Part shown: positions 46,328 through 56,081 of the stretch, piece after piece
Layout of the letters: each line of letters starts with the position of its first letter
Position numbering within the stretch: the first letter of the stretch is position 1
Origin: Pelagomonas calceolata
Taxonomy: Eukaryota
Direction: 5' to 3'
Length of the DNA: 64,000 nucleotides
Assembly: GCA_918797485.1 (NCBI GenBank)
Contig: CAKKNE010000005.1
Coordinates: 3,720,001 to 3,784,000 of the forward strand
Program-made: the position numbers and the translations under genes
The notes under the pieces: model-generated
Seen by the model: only the letters and a program-made list of their open reading frames with translations
What the model was told of the DNA's origin: nothing
Database searches by the model: none

Positions 46328-49276
46328 TTATGCGAAGACCCCCGTCAGCATCCCCGCGTCGTCGAAGCGCGCCCACCGCAGAAGAGCGTCCGGCAGGCCG
46401 TCGACGGCGGCGCCGGCCGGCAGGTCGTCCAACGCCACCGCAACTTGACTTCGGACCCGCCCCGGGCAGACGAGGCCGTGGAGCATCCAGGCCGAGCCCG
46501 CGGCCGCCCCGGGCGCCTCGGTGGCGGTCACGACCCCAAACCCGCCGTTCCGCAGCCGCCGCAGGCGCCGCCCCACGACGATGGGCGCCTCGCCCTCGGG
46601 CACGGCCGCCGTCGCCGGCGCGGTTTCAGCTAAAAACAGCTCCAGAGACCGCGCCTGGACCTGGCCGCCGGTGGATGCCGCGAGCAAAGCGGCGACCTTC
46701 CGCGGCGCCGCATCATCAAAAGGCGCCTCACTCAGCGCTTTGCCCTCCGATGAGCCCCAGTGCGTCGCGAAGGGTCGCAACAGCGGCGCGCAGAGTTGCG
46801 GCGGGATCTGCTCCATGCCTCCTCCAGCTAGTGCGGCGAAGGCCGCGTCGAAATCCACAGAACCTTCATCAGTCCCGTCGAAGGTGTTGCCCGCCTCCCG
46901 CACGGCCTTGCGGAAGGCCCTCACGAGTAGTAGTTCTGAAGAAGGTTCCTCGTCCTCGGCCTCGTCCTCGGGTTGATCCTCTGTTACTTTGTGGGGTTTG
47001 TGGAGCGACGGCGGGCCGGCCTCGGCGGCCGTTGATCGTATTAATTCTTGCAGTTCATACGCGGGCCGCGCTTCGTCTAGAGCGGCTAGAATGAGAGCAT
47101 AGAGCAGTAACGCGGCGTCGTCCCTGTCAACCGTCCGCGGGAGTCGTTTCACACCATCCTCGTGCAGGGCCTCGTACGTCGCGCAAGCGTCTACATCACT
47201 CTCAAAACCGGCCGACGCGACAACGGTAGCGACGTTAGTCTTGCGCTGCGGGATGGCTTCGGCCATGGAGCCACAAGTGCTCTCCGACAAGGCACCACAC
47301 GCGTGGAGCTCGTCGATCCAGTCGAGGCACTCGTCCTTCGTTTGCGGGGGCGCTCGCACCAAATCCCTATAGGCTCTTTCCGCTTCAAACGCACCTCGAT
47401 CACTCTTGCGTTTTGTCTGTGCTAGCTCGTCCGCGGCGGCGTCCTCCAATGCAGCACACACGCAGCAAAAGGCGCAGAGATGGGCGAAGGACGCGGGGTA
47501 GGCGAAGTTCTCCTCTCGTCTTGCTGCTGCCGCGACTACCCTAGCGTAGGCGTCGCACTCCGGTGGCGTAGGCGGTCTCGCCGAGTCCAAGATAGGTAGA
47601 GCAGCTTGCGAAGCGCAGACCTGGGACAACGCCTCAGCTATCAACGACCTATCTGAATCCGAACCGTCTAAAGCCAGGTCTAGAGCCTCACCACAAGTCG
47701 CGATGGCCTGGGCAAACCGAGGACCCTCCAATGCTTTGCGAGAAGCCTCTGGTAGATTGACCGAAGACAAGCACGCCGCCCCGTGCTCCACACAATCTCT
47801 GAACGACTCCAACGCCGTCGTTCTGATGGGAATGCGTCGCAGCGTGCGCGTCGGCTCTTGGACAGGAGCCAACACTTCTGTCTTAGGAACGGGCGACGGC
47901 ACGTCCTCTGAATTCATCCTCCGCGTCTCGGCCCGGATGCCCGTCCAGAAGCCGCCCACGTGTTTGATCTTGTCAATTTCTGACAAGTGAGCCGTGTAGC
48001 CTGGAGCAAAATACGCGGCGACGTCGTGCTCGCTCCTCCGATAGGCGTCCAGCGACGGGAAGGCCAGGTCCACACTCACCGTGTGTTCCTTGGCTATCGA
48101 CGAGAACAGCATGTCTCTCGGGAGACCTTCCGGGTCGGCCGGGAGCTGATGCATTGGGTCCAGCACGTGTTTGTCGCGCTTGATATGTCTACGCATTTGC
48201 CCGGCCACTCGAGTCTGCCTTTCCACAATTTCTTGCGCCGTTAGTTCGGGTTCTGGCATGACGTCGGGCGTCTCCTGCGTGGGAACGACACCGTCACAAA
48301 ACGACCTCACGAGGCGCGTGGGCGCTCTGGCGACCGCATCGACGCCATCGCCTCCACCAGATCAAGTTCAAGTTCATTTTTCACGCCGAGTCAGTACCGG
48401 GAAGTCCTCCTCGTAGTACTCTTCGAATTGCTCCGAGGGCGCCGGCGCCGGCGCCAGCTGCAACCCTTTCTGCTGCTTTTTACGCAAAGCGTGCTCTTCT
48501 AAAGCTTCCTGCACGAGTGCCGGTCCCGTCGGTAATCTGAGACCGAGATCCCGCATGCGCTGCGCCATCCCGGGGTCCTTGATCTTCTTGGGGCCGTAGG
48601 CGTCCAAGCGCTGTCGGACTTCGTCGTAGGCACTTCGTCGAGCCTTATACAGCTTTGTTTTGGACTTGCCCAATCGTGAGTCGACGTCGCGGATCCGCGC
48701 GAGGTCTAGCAACACTTGAGGAGCGGTCTCGTCGTAGTACTCCTCGTCGTCGCCGTAGCGCGGTAACGACTCCGCCTCCAAGGCTATTTTAGCTAGTTCC
48801 TTTCCCATTTCTAGTTCGGTCATCCGCCCTCGATCTAGCGCCTTGAACAGAGCACCGCGCGCGCAGTAGCGATAGTAGTCGTCCCACTCCCTCGCCTCCT
48901 GGTCCGTCGCGTAACTAGGTGGAGGGGGCACGACGGCGTCCTCGGGCAGCGGTGTGGCTTCCTTCTTCTTTTGAGGAGCGGTGCCCGGCGCCGATGGTAC
49001 AGTATCGGCGTCTTGACCACCGCCGAGGTGGAACATCAGCGAGTGGTCGACGCGCAGGCCCGGCTTCTTCGCGAGCGTTTCGCGCTGCAGGTCCGCATCG
49101 AACTTGCGCTGCGTCGCGAGGTGCTCTTCGTAGAGGCCTTTGGCGCGGTCGGCGACGGACTCGCGCGCGCGCTTCGACGCTTCCAGCAGGATGTCGATCT
49201 CGGTAATGTCATCTTGGAGTTTGGCCATGGGCGTCGGCGGGGGCTTCGTCGGTAGGGCGCCGGGCGGGGAGCGCAT
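46328..49276 (-). CDS. Uncharacterised protein, 941 aa; intron 48275-48397
   Basis: Two long ORFs joined in frame (..EEDFP|ETPDV..) by removing a family-A intron; 2826 nt. Confidence 0.65.
48275..48397 (-). mobile_element. Family-A introner intron (123 bp)
   Basis: Ungapped 100/123 match to dynein intron 33899-34021, including an identical 5' GTACTGACTCGGCGTGAAAAAT. Confidence 0.92.
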
Positions 49277-49715
49277 CGTGGCCTTGCCCTTGTGCTGGGC
49301 AGCCCGTGCCGTCCTCCCGGGAGCGGCTAGATGCCGAGCCTCGCGTCGGCGGGCGTCCGCAGCTGCCCCTCGGTAGGCGGTCCCACGAGCGTTACGGCTG
49401 CTTTTAGGTCGCAGCGGCGCGGCGCTAGCTTTGCCTCCGTGCGGGGTTCGCCGCGAGGCGTCTTGGCTGGGAGCTATCCACGGCAAACACGACAGACAGC
49501 TCCCTCGTTCAGACTTATGGACAGCTTCGTTGCGCAAACCCGTTTTGTGCCTCGAGCGGCGTCGAGCGCACCTATTGCGACGCGACGCGGTCTATATTTT
49601 GAGGAGCCAGACGCCGCGATTGAATCAATCTTTATCACATTAATCATGTGCGAGAGCTGCGGCTCATCGGTTAAGCACCACGGCTAGTAAAAGCAGCAAA
49701 GGGGAGCCAGCAAAA

Positions 49716-50846
49716 ATGCGGCGCTGGCCCTGGGCCGCGGCCGTAACAATACTAGCCGTCGGCGTGGCGCAGCTCCGCACCAAAAGACCATTACCGTACG
49801 CCGGCAAGCCCTGCACCGCGTCCGGATGTCGGCCGTCGTTCCTCATCATCGGCATCGGCAAGTGCGGCACCTCATCTTTATACTACTACCTCGCCGCGCA
49901 CCCTTCCGTGATACAAGCGCGGCGGAAGCAGATTCAATTTTTTGACCACGCGTACGACGCGTCGCGCATGGAACGGAGCTACCTGTCGCAGTTTCCCGCT
50001 TCATTGAAGGAGGGCGAGGTCACGGGCGAGGCGTCGCCGGGCTACGCGCAGTATTCGCAGGTGCCCGGGAGAGTGGCAAGGCATTTACATGGTGTGCGCA
50101 TCCTGGTCATCGCGCGGGACCCCGCGGAGCGGGCCCATTCCTCCTACCACTACAACTATGTGGGGAGTGCTCGTGTACCGTTACCGTTCGAAATGCTGGT
50201 CGGGGCGGAGATTCAATTTTTGGAGGCGTTCTTCCGGGACGGCACTTCGAGAAAGTGTGGAGACAAAGTTTGTAGGGATCTCTCGAACGACTGCTACGGT
50301 GCGAAATCCGCCGAAAGTCAAGCGGGAGCTGTCGCGCGGCGCTACGCCGGCGAGCAGGCGCGGAAGCGCTTCAAAGGCGAAGCGGCTGATACCGCGGCGA
50401 AGGCCGCGCGGCGCACGGCCGTCGCCATGTCACTACCGCGCCTGAATGCGCATCTCTGGCGCCAGCTCGTGGGGCGAGGGCTGTATATTTCAAATTTAGA
50501 CTGGTGGTACGCGGCTTTACCGGAGGAAGACATGCTGCTCGTCTGCTCCGAGGATTTGAACGACCTCCAAAAGGCGGCGAGCGAGATGGGCCGCGTCGCC
50601 TCGTTCATAGGACTATCCCAATTCGACTTTGGAGCGGCCGTGGCTCGCGGAAAGTACAACGCCGGCGCGCAGCATCGTGGTTATGGTGCCGTGACGAGTT
50701 GGACGGATGCTGCTTCACTGGCAGAAAAGCGGCCGGCCATATCCACAGAAGCGCGTCAGCACATCGACAACTTCACGGCGCCGTTCAACGAGCGCCTGTT
50801 TTCGCGGGCGGGCCACCGGTGCCGGTGGGGCCGCGACCGAGTGTAG
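49716..50846 (+). CDS. Sulfotransferase (heparan-sulfate 3-O-sulfotransferase-like), Golgi type II
   Basis: FLIIGIGKCGTSSL (5'-PSB), FFD, GEASPGY, RDPAERAHSSY (3'-PB); N-terminal hydrophobic anchor. Confidence 0.88.
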   Translation: MRRWPWAAAVTILAVGVAQLRTKRPLPYAGKPCTASGCRPSFLIIGIGKCGTSSLYYYLAAHPSVIQARRKQIQFFDHAYDASRMERSYLSQFPASLKEGEVTGEASPGYAQYSQVPGRVARHLHGVRILVIARDPAERAHSSYHYNYVGSARVPLPFEMLVGAEIQFLEAFFRDGTSRKCGDKVCRDLSNDCYGAKSAESQAGAVARRYAGEQARKRFKGEAADTAAKAARRTAVAMSLPRLNAHLWRQLVGRGLYISNLDWWYAALPEEDMLLVCSEDLNDLQKAASEMGRVASFIGLSQFDFGAAVARGKYNAGAQHRGYGAVTSWTDAASLAEKRPAISTEARQHIDNFTAPFNERLFSRAGHRCRWGRDRV

Positions 50847-51000
50847 CTCCCCCGCGACGCCATCGACGCGGCGGTTCTTATTACGCCCGCCAGTGGTCGA
50901 CGGCGCCACCGACGCGGTCCCTACTACGCCTCGTCGACGGCGTGGAGGGTCGTACGTGTGAAAGTACTAGAAGTAAACTAAACTTATCTGTGAATTCCCC

Positions 51001-53841
51001 CTACGTCGAAACATGCATGAGGTCCTCGAAGATCCCAAACCGCTCCAGCAAGACTTCAAATTCTTCCAAATCCAATTCCCCGTTCCCGTCCTCGTCGATG
51101 TCCTGGACGACGTTGAAGACGTCCTCGACGCTCAGGTCCAGGCCCAGCAAATCCGACACGACCGCGTGCATCTCGTGCACCGTGATCTCGCCACTGCTAT
51201 CCGCGTCGATGAGCTCGAACATGTCCTTGGCCAGCTCGCGCGTGTCGCCGACGGACGCCTGCGCGAGTCGCGGTCTCGACGCGGTCCGAACCGGCTCAAA
51301 ATCTCTCAAAAAACCACCCACTTCCATCATTCCTGGAGACGAGTCGCGTCGATGGCGTGAAGGCACCGCAGCATCGCGGGACGCCGAGATCCGCCATGTG
51401 GAACGTCAGCTTTTGCGTGAAGTCGAAAAACTCCTCGAATGAGATGTCTCCGCCGCCGTCGCTATCGAGGGCGTCGCAGACCGCCTCGATCTCGTCGATC
51501 GTCGCCTCCGGGCTGAACTTCCTCATCAAGTCGCGCATCTCATTCCTGTCGATGCTCCCTGCGCGGGGCATCGCGGTCTTGGTCCGAACGGCCTCAAAAT
51601 CAACAAAGAGACCACTCACGGCCTCGTCTGATGGAGGCGAGTCGCGTCGATGGCGTTTCCATCAGAGAAGGCCACGGGACGCCGAGATACGTACCTTCGC
51701 CGTCGTCGTCGAAGAGGTCAAAAATGCGGCGCCACTGCGACCGCTGGCGCGCTTCGTAGATGTCCGCCTCCTCCTGTCTCAACTGCGTGAGACCAGCCAC
51801 GGACGCGCGATGCCTCCTCTTGGTAGCACCGCGCTGCTCCTTCTGGAGGCGTTTTCTGGCCGCAAAAGGCGTCGACGACGTCTCGGGCGTCGGCTGGTAG
51901 TCCTCCGGCGGCGACTCGGACAGCGCTATACTTTTCTTGGCTTTGGGCTGCTCCGGGCTCTTGAACTTCGTGCTGAGGTCCTCTGATTGAGGTGAGGGTA
52001 TTGATGTATGTCCTACAACCCTCAAGAGCATCTTCGGGTCGCGCAGGCACTGGACGACCTTGAGAGCTTCGAAGGCCGCCACCGTCTTCTGCCGCCTCAA
52101 GACTATTTCAATAGTACGTCTATTTTTTAAATCAGAGATATTAGCCACGACCACATAGTCCTCCAAAATACGTGTCACCTTCCGCAGCACGAGTAGGGGC
52201 GGTAAGAGAGCTATCAATAAAATGAGTAGACCTCCTACCAACCCACCTCTCTCTTCAAAAGCTTCGTCACTACCAACCAACAAGTCGTCCAAATAAACTA
52301 ATGCAAAAATGACGATGTAAATGGCCGTCATCAGCGTGCTGAGCCGGATCATGTCGAACCTGCGTGAGGTGCTGCTCTCTGGATACGGTCGAGGGTATCG
52401 CTCGGCGGTCGTGTCCGAGTTTCGGTGCCGAGATCGCGAGACGCGAGTTGATTTCCACACGGGGTCGAACGTGAAGTGGGGCCCGGGGTGCTGCACGTAC
52501 CAGAACTGTGCACAGTAGTTCTCCGTCGTTTCTGTGACGGGCTGCAATGGGGTCGATTCGGGGCCCCGTCTACGGATCGGTAGCGTGGGAAGCACATCAA
52601 CTAAAGAGCGAGTAGATTCGCCCTTGAGGGCCTTGAGCCTCTTCGTGCGCTCGTTGCCCTGCGCCGCGATTGTGGAAGGCGCCTCCTCGTCCGAATCATC
52701 TTTCGTAGGTGCCCTAGGACTCGTAGGAAAACGTTCATGACCATGTAAATCTTTTTCGGCAGCGGCCCCGAGGCGATGCATCATGGCCACGTCCGCCTCC
52801 ACAAAAGGCGCGCAGTAGTCGTGGAGGATCAACCGGAGCTTCGCGTGGATGGCATAGGTCGCGATGCAGGTCGCGTAGCCCGTCAGCAGCCACAGAAACA
52901 GCCTCATATTAGGATCTAGATGAATATCGGCCTGCCAGAAGCAGAGTAGCACGACTTCGAGCAGGATCCAGGTCTGCGCGGGCACTTCAACCAATTCTCC
53001 CAGCGCGTGGCCCAGCCGACAGGCCAGGTAGCGGGCAAAATCAAAATCGCTATGCGCGAGGCCGTTCTCCTCGACGAATCTTAACCGTGCGGCCGTGTGT
53101 AACACTAATCTGTATTTCTCGGACCTGCGCGGAGCATTCCATCATTCCTGGAGACGACGCGCGTCGACGGGACGCCGCGAGCGGACATGCGGTTCTTGAG
53201 CGCGAAGGTCCAGAACGTCGCCGGGTTCTTCGCGAGCTTCGCCGCGGCTTTTAACGATTTATACCGCTCTTCTTCATCAGCTTTGGAGACTAGCGGAGTG
53301 CACTCCCAGACGTGCCTGCGCGGGGCATTTCTCTCGACGCGGTCCGATGTGGCATCGCGTCGACGGCGTCGCGGCGGCGCTGTCTCGTGACGCCATCGGC
53401 CGCGGTCCCTCGGACACGCCGCGACGGCCCCGACGTCTTCCAGAGACTCAAAATCGCAAAAGAAACCACGCTCATGGACGTGAGGACGCCGCCACGCCAC
53501 CACTTCCTTTGTATAAATTCGCCGAACTTGGCCAGCGCGACGGCCTGGGCCAGGAACAGCGCCATGACGCCAAAGAGCACCATGTGCACCTGCTCGCCCA
53601 GTTCCTTGATCTCCTCGCCCTCGCCGAACAGGTGTTTCGAGAGCTCTTCGAGGATCTCCAGTTTGAAAATCGTGAACATCAATAACCCAATAAAGCCGAG
53701 TAGCGTGAGTTCGGAGTAGAGCGACGTCAGGATGGGCTGGAAGGCCTCCGGCGTCGTCTCCTTCAGGTGGTGGTGGGCCAGCTCGAAGCCGATGGACAAC
53801 AGGAGGATGAAGCTGATGAACGCGACCACTACAGTATCCAT
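51001..53841 (-). CDS. MLO-like membrane protein with C-terminal calmodulin-like EF-hands, 736 aa; introns 53316-53500, 53125-53186, 52360-52470, 51559-51694, 51259-51394
   Basis: ELTLLGFIGLL, VHMVLF, RKW|HVWE, RF..FDFARYL..LVEV..W (MLO-like); loops DDDGEGSID, DSDGGGDIS, DADSSGEIT, DEDGNGELD; 2211 nt. Confidence 0.75.
52360..52470 (-). mobile_element. TSD-bearing introner intron (111 bp, in frame, stop-free)
   Basis: GTTCGACC vs exon GTTCGACA (7/8), followed by TIR CCGTGTGGAAATCAA. Confidence 0.85.
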
Positions 53842-54576
53842 GGTTGTGACTCACTGCCGTCCGGCGGAGGCAGTGCTCGCTCGTGTGCTAATTCTGCAGC
53901 GGCCCGAACAGGTTTTTAGCGTCCGTCCGCAGCCGTCGGCTCGTGCGGACGCTTGCGGCACCACTCGTGCGCGCTGCGTCGCGTGCGGTCCTCCTGGTGC
54001 TTTCTAATGTGAAAGCCTCAGGCCTGCTTTCTGAGCGCTCGCCGGCTGCGAAGTTATCGCAGCTGCCCGATCAGAATTTTAGCGTTGTCCGCAGCCGTCA
54101 GCTCGCACAGAGGCTTGCTCGCGGCGCGTCGCGTGCAGCGACTCGAGCAAAGCTCGAGCTAGAGTCCTTGCCTAGCGTGCACTACATTTTCATTGCGAAC
54201 GCGGCATACGCATCCCAGCAGGCCTCTGGACGCGGCGACGCACCCGTTTCCGCTGCCCGGCCGGGGCCATCCATTCTCATTTTGTCATGTGACTGGCGGA
54301 GCTCACGATTCCCGAGCCGGGTCTGCCTAGCTTTTGACACCGCAAGGGCTGTCAGATTCCGCATTTGTCCAAAGGACTGCGTTGACGAAGCTACGGCTGC
54401 TGCGCGCAACGATTTGGAGCCAGGAGCAACTCTCAGCTGCAGCTAGGAGAACGCGGCGAAAAAGCCGTCGGCGCGTGCAGCGCTGAGAACTCAGGACGCA
54501 CGGCTGCGACCGCAGCGCTGCCGCGGCGCTGCAGCTCCCGCGTGCGCTGCAGAAATAATAGACGCGGCCGGCGGAG

Positions 54577-55097
54577 ATGTCCGACCTCTGCGCCTGCTGG
54601 TGGCCCTTCGGGCGGCGGAACTCCGAACGCAACAGTGATGGTTGGTCTCCATCACCATTAATACAAGCGCGAACGAAACCGATAGCTATTGTTCAGGGCT
54701 CGCCATTGGTCGAACAGGCGTGCCGGAAGGCGTCCTTCGCCGCTTTATACGATTTAGGACCAGAAATAGGTTCTGGCAGTACAAGTACAGTCCACAAATC
54801 CACCCAGAAGGCGTCAGGCAAGGTCTTCGCCACGAAAGTAGTGTCTGCCGCAGGACTCCAAACGCCCGGCGTCGCGGATCAATTCGCGTCGGAAGTCCTA
54901 GCTTTGAAGAGGTGTCGACATCCTCATGTTGTTTCTCTAGAAGATGCAGTAGTAGATGAAAACAAGTTGTACCTCGTGACGGAACTGTTGACGGGCGGAG
55001 AGCTCTTCGACTACGTTGTAAAAAGAGGTACATTAGGAGAGGACGAGGCCGCCTCGATCCTGTCGGACGTGGGCGACGCCATCCGCTTCATGCACGA

Positions 55098-55130
<33 letters not shown>

Positions 55131-55808
55131 AAACTTACTGTTGGCGAAGGAGTCTCCTGTCGGATTTCCGACCGTGAAGATTATTGATTTCGGGCTGTCG
55201 AAGGCGCGGCAGACGCGGGACGTCTGCGCGTCGTTCTTGGGGACGCGCGGGTATCTCGCGCCGGAGATGGTTATTGATCGGTGTCCTCGTGCCTTCGAAC
55301 CGCCGGCGCCGCGTCGATTGCGTACGCATCGCCGCGAGAAGACGCGTCTCCCGCGCAGCTCAAGCGGCGGACCTACTCCGAAGCGGTCGACATGTGGGCC
55401 TTCGGGGTCATCGCCTACGTGCTGCTCTGCGGCTGCCTGCCCTTCGACGACGACGCGGCGCGTATCAATTCGCCGAACGCTTCGAAGAAGTTCGAATTGC
55501 GGTTCCCGTCGTGGGCGCGCGGGCTGTCCAAAGGTGCGCGCGATCTCTTGGCGAACCTGCTGCAGGTGGACCCTCGTCGTCGATATACGGCGGCGCAGTG
55601 CTGCCGGCACCCGTGGCTGCGGGGCACTGCTGAGAGAAGTTCGGTGCCCCTGTCGTCGCCGGCGATGCTCGGCCGGCGCCTAGCGGCAGCTCGCGCGACG
55701 CCGTCGCCGCCCTCGCGCCCGTCGTCGCGCGCCGGCCCCGCGGACTACGCGGTCCTCGACAACGACGGCCGCGCGCGCCCCGCGTCGCGACGGAAGAACT
55801 CCTTCTGA
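54577..55808 (+). CDS. CAMK-group Ser/Thr kinase, 380 aa; intron 55270-55358
   Basis: IGSGSTSTV, ATK, GGELFDY, HRDLKPENLL, DFG, GTRGYLAPEM|LKRRTY..DMWAFG. Confidence 0.92.
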
Positions 55809-56081
55809 ATCATGATGTAACTACATGCCTGTATATCGGGTCGAGAGGTAGTATTACTCGGTGGCGAAGGGACGCACCGCGGCGCTGTGCCGCTGTGGAA
55901 GGTCGGAGGAGGAATTCGGCGGAGGCTAGCGGCCGTAGGCGATGTCGCGCAGGTTCTTCGCGCCGGAGATGATGATCGCACCGGAGATGGGGGAATCTTG
56001 ATCGCACGGGGCGGGCGCGCCGCGCGCGGCGCCGGGGAAAGCCCCCAGACTCGCCATAGTAGCCCTCCCAGAACTTACCCG

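Noticed and set aside
15245..49276. Unknown ORFs (15245-17155, 44917-46314, 46328-49276) as the autonomous transposase or RT for the introners
   Set aside because: No DDE, BED-finger or RT motifs recognised and no flanking TIR/TSD; an HMM search would be needed to exclude this fully.
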